Origin: Yuukianura sp. NJ FZ-2021
Lineage: Eukaryota
Direction of reading: 5' to 3'
Assembly (NCBI GenBank): GCA_046563655.1
Contig: CM102286.1
Span: 3,286,001 to 3,350,000 of the forward strand
DNA length: 64,000 nucleotides
The notes below the pieces were generated by a model. The model searched no databases. It saw nothing but the letters and a program-made list of their open reading frames with translations, and was not told where the DNA came from. Position numbers and translations under genes: made by a program. Position 1 is the first letter of the stretch, and every line of letters begins with the position of its first letter. This document shows positions 1 through 13,200 of this stretch, one piece after another.

Positions 1-1152
1 CCTTGTAACCTTTTCAGATTCTTCCAATTTTTAAGGTTTTTCAACTTTCTGTGCTCAGTCATGCCAAAACATACTTTTTCTTAAAAAAAAAACTGCCAGT
101 ACTCCAATTTGTTCAATAAACCTTACAACTGCAAAACGTAATAAAGTTACAACCAATTTTTGGTCCAAGTGGAGACAGTTGTGGGAGTACTAAGTTTTTG
201 AAAAATTTCAAATTCCTCTCAGGTAACTTTTCTAGTGAAAGTACTGCATTTTTGGCAAAAGCCAACTGAAGCAGGGTGTTCGCCATAAATCTTTGTCCGT
301 TTTTGACCTCCTTATCAATTTCTATTTGTTCGAAATCAGCAATATTTTTTGACACTCCAACAAAATTTGAAAAAAAAAAGTTTGTGAGAGAAGGAAGGCG
401 CCAAGAACAAAAACACGCCGATTGACTTTTGACATCTGAGGTCCTCATTTCACTTTTTTACAACTTTTTTTCTGTGAAAGTATCCAATTTGGTCGGGATT
501 TTGCTCCAGTTGGCCTCACCACAAAGCAACACTTTTCGAAAACATTTTTTTTTTTGACAAATTTACATCATTTTTCAAAAAAAAAAAGTTTTCATCACAC
601 TTCTTGTTTAAGAAGTCCGTTTTCAAACGTCGTCTGCAGGGTTGTTGGTGGACAAAATTTTTTTGAAAGCATATTTTTCAAGTAACTGAAAATTTTGTAT
701 TTCTCCAAATTTTTTAAAAGTTGCTTGTAATGTGTTGGCAGTTGCCAAAACCAGGAAGTTCCGAAACTAGAATAACCTTGTCTAAAAGGTGAAATTTTTT
801 TCTGACGTTTTCAACAACTGTTAAAGCGATGACGTGTAGTAAGCCAATTTATAGTGTAAGCGGATGCTGGATTTGTTATGCAAGAAAAGACTCAAGTTAT
901 ACAGCTTCTTTCATCACCTTTCTCTTTATGAGGCAAAAGTAAAAGTTGGGCTCATAAAGCACTTTCTTTGCACAGCCAACTCTTACACTGTACTTTTCAC
1001 ACCAAAATCCGAATCCTCCAGAAATTCCTTCCAATTCAACAATGGTCGTTGGAGCGGAAGAGGTGATAAAAAATGGATATAACTGGCTCTCACTTTATGT
1101 TTCACAAGCGTGCGCGGGAAAAAAATAGTTCGTACATTTTTGAAAAACTTAC

Positions 1153-1287
1153 ATTTTCTACTATACAGACGAGACTTATGACGGTTCCTTGCTGGACGTG
1201 GTACTCCTTCGCTCCAAGAATGAATGCCTTGGGCACGAGTACTTCCAAGTTGAAAAAATGTGAAATTGTTCCCTTGCTAGTTGAAAC
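1153..1287 (-). CDS. dpr12: dpr12-like exon (end of Ig1, start of Ig2)
   Basis: 45 codons, VSTSKGTISHFFNLEVLVPKAFILG...LVCIVEN, canonical splice sites. Confidence 0.9.
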
Positions 1288-4200
1288 CTGAAATTCAACA
1301 GGTTAAAATAAACAACAATCAATTAACATTTTAATGAAAATATAATTACATTCATAACAAAATCCACCGTTACATCAAGCTAGTTTAAAATTTAGTGCAA
1401 CTGTCTAATATTTTTAGTCTTAAAATTTATTTATAAAGTTTTCAATCTCCAAAATTGATCTTTTTTCGTCGTTTCGGTTCCTATTTTTGAAAAAGGTGTT
1501 TAACAAAGGCTGCTCAGCAAAGAACGAGAAAAAGAGAAGAGATTTTGATTTGACCACCAGACACTCCGGAAAATGATGTTCAAATCACATTTCTCGGGGA
1601 ATATCTAGTGAAATAGTGTGGCGGCGGGCTTTTCATAGAAAATGGAACTCTTTTTTAAGAAATCGAATCTGAGAAGAAAAAGATGGAAGAATAATGAAGA
1701 AAAATTGAAAATGGGCGCTACGCTTTTTATCTCACTTTACTTTTTGCATGGGTTATTTTACTATAACGTAACGTAGTACGCAACGTTAAAGAAATCGACT
1801 TGAGCAGCAGTGGGATTAGATCGGGGCTTTCACCTACTTTCTCCGTCTGATAAAGATCCATTGCCAATGATCCAACGGAAGCCTCATTTCCGTGTGACGC
1901 AAGAAGACAGACAGCCTTAAACCCCATCTATTTCTTTTTCTACAGGAAGATAGATTCTTTTTCGATTTTCATTGGATATCATCTAAGAAATCATTTGAAA
2001 TGCCCGCCAAACTTAAAAAATGGCAACTTGGACCAAAAAAGTTCCTGAGTTGAAAGATTATTGGAAAAACACAAAAATAGCAGGTAAAGTAGAACAGAAA
2101 ATAAGTAATGCGAGGAAAACAGAAGTGATGCGGGAAGGTTCAAAATTTACTTCTTTTTTGAAATTTCAGCGAAATGTGGAAACTGTTTGAACTTTTCTTG
2201 GCGATTGACTGTTTGAAGTTTGGCAGATGATCTGGGTTGAAGATAAAAATAAAAGTAAATGGTTTCTGCGTAGATTTGGAATTCAAATGTAAATGTAGCC
2301 GTTTTCAAAATGTTGGATTCAATTTCAATGATTTCTTTCCATCTTCTTTTCTCCTTTCGCAACTGTCAACCTGACTTTGACTTGTTTCTTTTCAATCCTT
2401 ACATCATCACTTCACCGATCCCAATCTTTGGATGTTCCGAAGAGATGCTGAAGTCAGATGTCTTGTCAGAGACAAAAATAGTTGAATCCTTCCTTTTTAC
2501 ATTTACATATGCGGAACTTCTACACATCTCGTCTGTTTTGCTACAAAAGTCGAATGGTAACAACTCCATGACTCCTGTCTTTGAGCAAGAAAAAAATAAA
2601 CCGGTTGTAAACCGCCCATAATGATAATAGCGAAGCAATAGGCCCCCCGAAGGGGGTTTGTTCCCCCCACTTTCCGCCCTCCCCCCCCCGGGGGAGTGGG
2701 GGTGTTTCCCCCACTTTCCCGCCCCCCCCCCTAGGCGGTGTTGACAGGTGAGACGTGACAGCTGAGGCGTGACAGGTGAGAGGTGACACCCGGCAACTGA
2801 GAGGTGACAGGTGACACCCGGCAGGTGACAGGTGACACCCGGTGGACACAGTGCATGAGTGTGTAAAGTGTATAGTATGTCAACTGCGTAATAGATTTTT
2901 TGCTAAGCAGAGAACCAACTCCCATGCCAATTGCCTTTCCAGTCTCACAAGCAGAGTTTTTTTTACCCACACTTGCATTACAAATGACCTTTGAAATCCA
3001 TTTTGAACTGGAAGCAGGTGACCTAGGGTCACACATTACACACAAAAGTTGTTCCCCGCGATGAGATGAACAACTTTTGTAGAGGTCATTTTCCCGGTTA
3101 CCAGGGATAAAACCGGTTGACCTTGACCTTTGACCCGGAAGGAGTTGACACCCGGGGGTCATATTCAATAGTGACCTAGTCCGGGTCATGGGGTGTTGAT
3201 AGGTGAAAACCGGAATCAAATCGGGCCAGTAGTTTCTGAGATAATTAATCTGGACAGACAGACGGACAGACGGACAGACAGACGGACAGACAGACAGACA
3301 AACCACTTTTATCATAATAGCTTCGCTATTATAATAATTGTGAAATTTATGTTGACAAGCTATCCTCCTTGCCTTCCTGCGTAAAACTCCAAATGTCAAA
3401 GTTGTCAAAAACGGTGAAAGTATATCGATACACGAAGTTGTAAGTTTGACAAAACTAATGTCCACTGTATCCAGTCGTCTGTTTTTTCATGTTATTGTGT
3501 CGTTTTTTTATTGTTGAAAAAAAAGGCGTGTTTGAATACGTTGAAATCCTATGACACTACTATTTCCTAATGACGTCAGATAAAACATTGTATTTGCCAA
3601 CGTTGGCAAATGTTAGCTAAATACACATTCAAAAATTCGTAACTTTATCATATTTTTGTGTAGATTTCCAAACAATTTTTTTCACTAGTTAAATGTTGCT
3701 GTTAAAATATCAAACATGGTGTTAAAATATTTGTGATGCCTGTTTACAATTATCGGCTACGGAGCTATCTATCTACACTAAAAATCTCTTACTGGAAGCT
3801 TGGATACAAAACATTTCATTTTTTGCCGCAATTTGTCGAATCTAAATTTTAGATCTCCTAAGTGAAAAAAATTGAGATATTTAACTAAAGCCAAAGCAAA
3901 TTTACAATGTCGCGGCGCTTAATAGAAACGCGCGGTTCTGAAAATTGCAAAATCCTGTAACCCCGCACATTAGTTTCTCTGAGCGTGCTAATTTTCCATT
4001 CCAGTGTTGATTGGCATTAGATTCACAAGCCCATTATTAATTCTGAAGTGCTTGAGGCTTCTACCGTTGAAAGCTATGTGGTAAAGGTGAAGCGTTGATG
4101 CTTGATGTTAAAGTTGAATAATGGAAGTGAATGGGGTGAGAATAAGTCTAGTTATTCCCCACACCACTTCAAATCTTGGCGCACTTTCTCTTCATTTCTA

Positions 4201-7200
4201 GTTTACAAAACCTTGCATTTCAAGTTACTAGAAAGTTCAGCGCTTCTCAGAACCATTCCCTCATGAATATGCAACGGGAAAAGAGGCCCTTGAAAGATAA
4301 AATGCGCCAAACAGAATCCAAAGTGTGAACAAGGGGAAGACTCACAGCCAGACTTTCACTGTAGCCAAAACCCCATCAATCATCTCGTTTCACTTCAAAG
4401 GAAAAATAGATTCACAACGCAGGAACGACTTTCTAAGTCTAGCATAACTCTAGATCACCTTACTGTTTGCAAAATTCCAATTTTAATAGCCTCATAAATT
4501 CATTCAAGTTAGGTTTTCCAATAGGTTAGACTAGAATTTCCGTAAAGTCAAAGCAAATTTTTTCATTACGCGAAGGTTTGTTGAAGCTGTAGCATCGCTT
4601 TCCCTATGTTGAGCTAAAGTTTTTGTTATGTTTGGAAAAGATTTTCTCCTGAATTCACGTCTTAGCGTAGGTTTTCCGATGAGCCCCTTAGTACATTGCT
4701 TTCTCTTTTAATACCTAAAATTTTTTATAACTCTCTCTCTCAAGACGTTTTATGTCTCAATCTATGTTTCGCTGAAGTTCTAGCTGTTGTAGTATTCATT
4801 ACAAAAGAGAAACTTTAAGCTGTCTTGGCCTCCTCAACTTTGGCGCAATCAGTTAAACCTTCTTCTGATTACTTCTTGCTGTTTTTGCTCTACACTGCCA
4901 TGTGTTGAAGATGAAATTGAGTTACTCCGGAGCCGATTTAGTTTAGGAAGAAGTGAAAGTTTAGGTTAGCTTGGCTAAGAAAGCTATAAAGAACTAAAGA
5001 AAAAGGAGCCACGACGACTGGTGTGCTGTCGAGCCGTGTCTTGATTCCGCTCGACAAAAAGAAATCTCCTCCTTTATCTTCTTCTTTGAACAGGAAACAT
5101 CAATTTCAACCTCCGACGAAGTGGGAAACAAATGCTCTCTGCTCTTCCTCGTTCTTTCCATTTCAAATTTTCCCTCCTCTTCAGTTTCATTTTATGTTGG
5201 TTGTTGGTGCGGTTTTTTCAAATTTTTAGTTATTCAGGTCATGCTTGACGGTTCCAGTGAATGCTAAATACATGGAGAGAAGATGTATAACCACACAAAG
5301 AAGAAGAAAGGCTTTGAGTGTGTAAGAAAGAGAGATTTATTTTCAGGCGGGACCATTTAAGTTGATCTCCTTTGATCTGTCGTAAGGGCATTTCACTTTG
5401 AAACTGTCAACTCACTCACTCATTTCATGTGGGCTTTCACTTTTCAAAATCTTGTTTGTTTTGAAAAAAGAGAAAAACTTCCCACTCATTTTTGAATTTA
5501 AGAAATTTTGATAAATTGGCAAAGCTGGCATATTTTATGAGTGATTTTATCTTTTAGTTTGAACCAACTTTTTGTGTCGTGTCACTACTACAAAATTTCA
5601 TACATAAAAACTGGAAACTTTTTTTTTTCGTGTTAGACACGCCACTGTCAACAGTTGCGCCTCACTTTAAACATAGTTGACAGTTCAACAAAAAACAAGT
5701 TGTATGTTTGTAACCTTTCGTGTTCCAAAATTTGAAAATTTAAAACTTGCTATGGCAAGCAAAGAGAAAGTATAATTTTTTTTTCAAAATTAAAATTATT
5801 TTTGGTAACTTGAAAGTGTCACGAACGTAAATTTGAAATTCGCACTTTTAGTTTTTACCAAAAAGTAAGTTGGCTAAGAAAACTCGTTAAGCAAAAATAT
5901 AAAATTTAATCTTGAGGATTTGGCGGAGCGAAAAGTAATTTAAATTGGCAAATTTTGCTACTTTTTGCAACGTTGCTCTTAACATCGCATGATCCGCACC
6001 ACTTAAACGCAACTTACAAAATGTTTCCGTTTGTAATTTCAGGTTCAGTTAGTGTCCAATTAAGGTGTGTTGGAAGTTGAGATTTAATTACAGCTTGCGG
6101 GCATTAAAGAAACTGGGCGGGCTGTTTGAAAGTCCTTGCCAAAACAGTTATCAAATTAGAAGATCTGGTTGGAGCTTACAGAAATACAAAATTGTCCAAG
6201 AAGTTTCTCCTTTTCTATGCTAATTCTTGATAAAATTATGGTACAACACAAACAACGCTGTCGATTTGATTCATCATTCTAAACCCGCTCAATTCAAACT
6301 ACTAACGAAAATTAGTTCAAAACATTCATTTGTATGGACGATGCGTGGAACTCGGCACTTCAAATTCCTATGAGACTTTCCCAAAAGTAGAAATTGAAAC
6401 GATCAGAGGATATTTGAGGAAAGCGGGAAAACTTGAAAGTGAATTGTAGAAACGCATCGCTTCTACTTTGTAGCTTCTGCGTAAAACATGTTGCTGCTCG
6501 TAATCCTTAGTTGATACAACTAAAGGAACAAAAGTTTGCAACACCACACAGTTCCAAAGTTTTTTGAGCTTGAGTGCATGAATTTCAGAAAATGAAAATT
6601 TCCAAATTTTGGCGACCATGCTGTCGACAAAATGCGTGCGCAAACTTTCACTTGTTTAATTAAAGCGGATCCACACACTACCACTAACTTTCATATGAAA
6701 TTTTAACTCAAGATTTTTGTACCTGATACCGTTTTCAAAACCAAAATTTTCCAACTTGTAAACAAACCATTTAGAAGCGTTTTGTCAAAATGTTAAACAT
6801 TAATTACCTGACACTCGTACGTTCCATCATCTCTAGTTTGCACAAATTCTATCACCAAAATCCATTCTTCTGACCCTTCTGTATGTCGTATTTTGAATCT
6901 GTCATCATTTGTATACACAGTTCTGCCTGATGTCAAAATGTGCCAATCTCTGCGTCTGATCCATGAAACCTAAAAGAAAAGAGAAAATTAACACTTAAAA
7001 AAAATTCTTATCAATTATTCCCAAAATTTTAAACCCTAGTTTGCTTTCAAAGTCAAAATTACTTAGAATTAATTTTCAAAATTCATGCTATTTTACAGCT
7101 CAAAATAGGTTGATGTTAAAATTCTATCAAAGCCGATGATGCAACAACTCAAATGTCAGAAATAACAATTCAATTTGAATTTTAGTCTCCATTTTATTGA

Positions 7201-10200
7201 AATTAGGCTCACTAGTGCCAAATGTCAAAAGCGACAATTCAGTTTTGGTTTTTAATCCCAACTTTTTTGAAATTAGCACCACCAGTGCCACTCCAGTGTT
7301 GTCTAACGTGTGGAGACAACTAGGCCTTGTGGGCATTTGTAGTGAAAGTGGAGAAAGTGAAGTCGTTTGACTTGAATGGAGGGAATTGTGTTGACTTGGA
7401 GATAATAAAAAATGGAGTCCCAGGGCATCAAGTCTACTTTTTATGAGCCATAAGGCAACAAAAGAAATTCTGTCTCTGGGCTAACCCACAGAAAATAGAG
7501 TTGGAAATAATACTGGAAACTGGGCCAGTATTCTCCATTTCTTATGTATGTGCTGGCAGTACTGGGTTAGGTACTGTTTCATTTCCTTGGAACTCTTTCG
7601 TCTAGTCCAATGTGGTTTCCATGGAGGGAATTGAAGTTCCGGAATGGAGGAATTGGATCATCTTCCAAAGTCCCAGTTGAGACTTGGCGGGAAAGAACAA
7701 AAGACAGTGGAGCATGGCTGGTCCCAGATAATTTTCCAGTGGCAGTAATACTTTGCCTAATAAGAGAACCCACTGACTTTCACTCTATTTGTTCTTCTGG
7801 CTTTTGTTTTCTCCATCATGCAACTCAAAATCCCACTGGACAAATTTCTTTTCCTCCTTGTTTTCTAGTCATTAGATTTTTCAAATGCTAGGGAGCAATC
7901 AAGTGCCAAATTGCTCCAACCTAATGTAAAAGCTAACCGTAAAAGTAGAGCATTTGAGCATTAAAGTTTAGATTAACCTAAAGTGAGGTTGGTTACTCTT
8001 AACCTAAATTTTCTCATTACTTAATAATACCATTCCTGATACTGTTTGACTTCGCTTCACCTTTGACATCTCACGCAAATTATACAAAATTCTATTAATA
8101 CAAAAGTAAACTTTTTTTTGAACCACTTCGTCTTAACGTCGCATGTCTGAATGTCTCAAGAGAAAAATTCTTCGATAGTGTAATATTTGTCTAACTTTTT
8201 GTGATAAATTTTCCAGAAATTTTTTGGACCTTGGTCTTTTTTTGTGATTGTTTTGATTCTGGAAAGAAAACATCGATTTTGTCTGGCTTTTTGTAAAAAG
8301 TTGGTTTGTAAAAGTGAGACGCAGAAAGTTTGTAAGGACCTTGTTATGACTTTTGCGAGCTCCCGAAATGTCAAAGGTCAGCCTGTGAAATGGAAAAATG
8401 AAACTTTGCTTTATTGACGAATTTGGCTTGGAATGGCAGATTTTGAAGTCCTCAGCATTTGGGTGATGGTGGCGCAGTTGAGCCAGAAAAAACGGCGCCA
8501 CCAAAGATGGAATAAAAATGGTGCGTGTGGCGGTTCGTAAAAGTTGGAAAAAATGGAAAAGGCGTGTGACTTTCTCCGTCTTTGTTACACTGTTCCTGGT
8601 TAACTAAGACTTTGCTATTGGTTGGTTATGGTGACCTATTAGACTTCATGACCTCATCAGCATCCCCATTTGACCTAATAGAATATTCCTATCGATGGAG
8701 TCCATCTACTCCTGAAACCTATGGTAAGACTACGGGTTACAGAAGCCTTGAGCACGGCGAAGGTTGCATTAAGGATGGCCTCATTTCGTAACCATGTCAT
8801 TTTCTCTGGAAAGATTTGATTAAGCTGTTCTCTCTCCAGAGAGAAGCAAAACCTAACATCTTTTTAGCAAGAAAACCAAAGAGGAAGGAAGGATCCGTGA
8901 ATTAAGGGCTCCAGAAACCCCGTAGGAGTTGGTTCATATTACGCTGTGGCGTGGCCCTTCAATTTCAAAATCTATCTCATTAATTGAAATTGCACGGTGG
9001 AGACGCTTCAAAAGTGAAAGCAGAAGACCTTGAAAAAGTCATCACAATTTTGAGTCCTTTTTTAAAAATTTAGCAACTGCCAGCACTAAAAAATATGAGT
9101 TTCCTTCATAGCCCTAATTTCGAAAATTGGGTCTTCCTTACCAGTTTTTTGAAAAGAAAATTTTCAAAAATTTATTGTCTTTGTTTCCTGTTTTATGGAA
9201 CTTAAACACTTTCCAATGGAAACACAAAACAAAATTTCCGTTTTCAGAAAATTATGCTTCTTGTAGCCAATAGAATATCGATAGTTTTTCTTTCTAGTTT
9301 TGAAATAATCGTAAATTTTGTGTCGCCAGGACTATTGAAATTCAGTTTTGAAAATCTAGGCTTCTGTGAAGGTTACCATAACCTTCCAGACGGTTACTTT
9401 AGGAAAGAGTAACCTTGGCAGAAGTAACCATGCTGAAAGAAAACATTTGTGTGAGAACGTAAAATGAAGGTGATAAATGGGAAGTATAAAAGGAAAATGG
9501 TCTTTATCAACTAAAAATGAACGACTTTTATAGGGAAAACGCGCCTAGAAATGAATCGAAGCTGGAAAATGAAATTCAAGAATTGGACTAGAATTTTCCT
9601 CTCTGAAGGTTTTAGACTCTCATAAGTTACTGCCATTTCATTCTTTCTAACGTTCATTCTCATCAATTCATGTTACAAATTTTAGATTTTCAAAAATTAT
9701 TTTTACTTTTTCTGAGAGTGGAGCGAGAGAAGAAGTTGAAGTTGAATCCGATGAAGAAGAGAAAAGTCAGAAAGGCATAAGACATTTGAAAACTCCCGCT
9801 AAAGATGCGTGTAATTAATTGAGCCACTTTACGGACCATTTCTTTTGAACAGAATTTCCTGGCAGGGAGTCAAATGATTTGAAGCAGAAGGAATCAGCAG
9901 CCAGGAAAGAATAAAGGATTCTCACGCTCTCATACCAAAATCCTCTTCCGCTTTTCAGGTTTCTTTAAATAGAAAGTGGAGGACTTCCTTTTGTTCAAGT
10001 ACCACCAACTTTTTATATGCATTTTCAAAAAGTTAAAAAAAGTTTCTGATTTTGCACCTTTAAAAGAATTTTATCCAATTCTCACTGGAAATATTCTTTG
10101 ACACGCTTGGTGAGAAAATGCACGACGAATCCAGAAAATGTCATGAAAAACGAAACTTTTGAATGCACTTTATGTTAAGTTTACATTATACAGAGATGAC

Positions 10201-13200
10201 TATTCAAATTTCAAGGGACATTTGCATTTGATTTCAGAATCCAACATTTTATTTCAGGATGCATTTTTAAAAATAAAGTGTGACTGAAAAACAAAATTCT
10301 AAAAAAGTTAAATTAAAGGGTAACTAGCAAACAATATCACGATCTCTTTTTTTTTGCTGCAGTTAACAAAATTTGTGAAGCTGCAATTTAGATGTTCAGG
10401 AAATTTAGAGGACTTGCAGCTTTAGAAACTTTTTTAAAGAGTGGTCCGTGCGACAAATCTTTTTTTTTTTCGTCTGTTTTGTGTAAAATGGATTTTTTTT
10501 TCAAATTTAAGACCCGGTTTTGTACAAGTTCCGTCTTTTTCTGTTTCAAAGCCTAAAGGACTGAATGGATTTTGCTTTCTCCCTGTGAGATTTCCATTGA
10601 TTCCGCTTCCGTTCACTTCCGCCTTCTTTTTCTCCCTACTTTTTTCCCACTTTCTCTGTTCTTTTCCCAGAAGCTTCTTCGCATTGAATCCACTTTTTTT
10701 CCTATCTGCAAAGAAAGTAAAAGTTTCCTTTTCTTTTGTTCTCGTTTGTACAAGTATTTGAAGAGAAAACCTAACATAAAATCGCTCCATAGCTGAAAGT
10801 AGTCGTGTAGATGGGTTCGTAAGTGGAAGACCAAAGGATGAGACAGATGCGAATTCCAAGCGGAGACAAAAGTAGGAGGGAACATTGGACCGTCGGAAAT
10901 GGAATCACGCCTCACTGACTCCAATGTTAAGAAGACCGTGTCACAGCCTACTAATGACTCTTTCTCTCCCTTCTATTATCCACATCATTTCTTATTAACA
11001 AGATCTTACCTAACCTTAAACTAACCCAATAAATCCAACACTAACTTAAACAAAGTACCAACATTCAATCCTAAACGATCTCCAACTTTTAAATCTTCCA
11101 CGTTTTTGGTCAACCTAGGATCATACTGTAGGGTCTTTTTAAAAGTAAAGACTTGGTAAATTTACAACCAAGTTTGGTTATTTATATTAACTTTAGTGCA
11201 ATTGAGGTTAAGATTTTCAAATAAAGTCAGGTTCGGTAATCCAAGAGAACAAAAAGGAAGCGAACTTGGTGGGTTTCGGCGTCTCGCAAAGAAAAATGAC
11301 CATGTAGAGCTAATTTTTTTTGTGTTGAATAATTTAGTATCTCTTTTGGATTTTCCTCGAGCATTAAGCGCAGAAAAAAAAAGATTTTTAAGAAAACATA
11401 GGGTAAAAGCAGCTTACTTTTTCTTTTGCAGAGCAAAGAGGAAGCAGTACACAATTTACCATTAAAAAGCCTTGCTTTTATGCCTGAATCTCGAGAGGCA
11501 TTAATTATAAAGTATGCTTCCTTTTCCTTTTTTTCCGTTAGCAACTCCGTAATGCCTGTAATCCTAGTTTAGCCTAATTCTTTACTTAAATCCAACCAGA
11601 AAAAAAAACAGGTTGGCCATAACGGAAGGTTTTCCTTTCTCCAGAGAAATTGAAAGTGGGCTAAAAGAGACATGGCTGGTATCCCTCTGGCTCATTACGA
11701 TAAATAGATCATGTTTGGTGTTCTAAAAGCATAGATTTTCTTTTCAACTTCTTTGAATCTCAAATCCCAACTCTCAAATGGAAAATATATCTTGAATAGC
11801 TAGAGTTATACTAGGCTTTTAGGACGTACTTGAATTGTGAAAGTTGATTCGGTCATAGTTGAATAAAGTTGAAAAAGGAGAAAGTTAAAAGGAACCAAAG
11901 AAATAAATCATTCAACTTCCGCCTCAGTTCACAACTTCATGAATAATCATTTCTAATCCTCATATTTCCATTTCAACTTTCACCAATAATAACCCAGTGA
12001 CTTTTCACTTCAACTTTTTCCTACTTTTTGCAAAAAATGTTCAGACTTACTAAAATTTAGGGCAGTAAGTGAAATGGCATGCCCGCCCCACTGGAAGCAA
12101 TGACGTTTTCAATCCTTCTTTTTCAATTTTCTTATTATTCTCAATTTTTTTAGCTTTTAGCTGTCGAATTTGGATATCAAAAATTTCGTGAGTGGAGAAA
12201 GTTATAACTACGTTATGCCTTTGGGTGGTCCTAATCTTAATTCCATTTTCATAGAAAAGTTCCCAGCGTGCTTTACTTCTTTTTAAGAAAAGAGAAAATG
12301 GACCCAACTATGTTATGTATGAAAAGTAAATTTTTGGAAAGTCCAAAAAGAAAATGTTTAGAAAAGAGGAAATGTAATAAAAAGTTGTGATGGTAATTTC
12401 CTTTTTCTCTCAATCGTTTTCTGCAATGCGATACCCTTCATGCTTTCATTTTTTGAAAAAGTAAAACAAAAATTTTGGAAACACTACACATTGTATAGTT
12501 AAGGAGCTCCATTTGTGTGTTTGTCTAAAGAAGTAAAATCAGACTATAGCCAAAAAAAATTCAGCTAAGAAAGTTAGGTTATTTGAGAGTCCTGAGATCT
12601 GGGATATATGAAATTAACTGTCAAAAAACTTTATGATATGAAACTGAAGAAAAGCCACTTACTTGGAAAAAATGAGGTTTGGTTTTAGCACACAAAACTG
12701 CATGCCAAAAACCGTTCTAATCGTTTTTGATAAAAATCACTTCAATTTAGATCACTTTCTTTCCAATTTTAGCGCCGAAATGGTTACGTTTTGGTCTTAA
12801 CGACTAAATTTAAATAGCAACTTCAAATTTTTTGGCAATAAAGTACAAGGTCGCCAAGTTCACCGAAATTACAGAATCTATTACAAAATACGTTTTTAAG
12901 AAATGTAGCCTGTCATAACCACCAACACGGTGTAAAAAAAATAACTGAAGTTATACGGACAAAGCCGTTTTCGGAAACTTTTCGAACTAAATTGTGTCGT
13001 TTTTTATGTTAGCTTTAGCAGAATGATTTTTATCATGTTAGGCGATATAAATCAGAAATCAACCGACCTTGACTCATCACTGTGTCTTCTGGTGATGAAA
13101 AATGAGAGTAGTGCATTTGTCATAAATTTTCAAAGATAAAAATGCGTTACAAGGAAAGAACTTTTTCAAAAACTTCTTTGTTCTGACCCCACATTTTCCA

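Noticed and set aside
2541..3465. 244-aa and 102-aa minus-strand ORFs
   Set aside because: Read-through of the microsatellite-containing mobile element (VCLSVCPS repeats); no domain motifs.
10434..10924. Cluster of overlapping 74-141-aa ORFs on both strands
   Set aside because: Low-complexity purine/pyrimidine-skewed intronic DNA giving K/F-rich translations; no supported splice path into the dpr gene.
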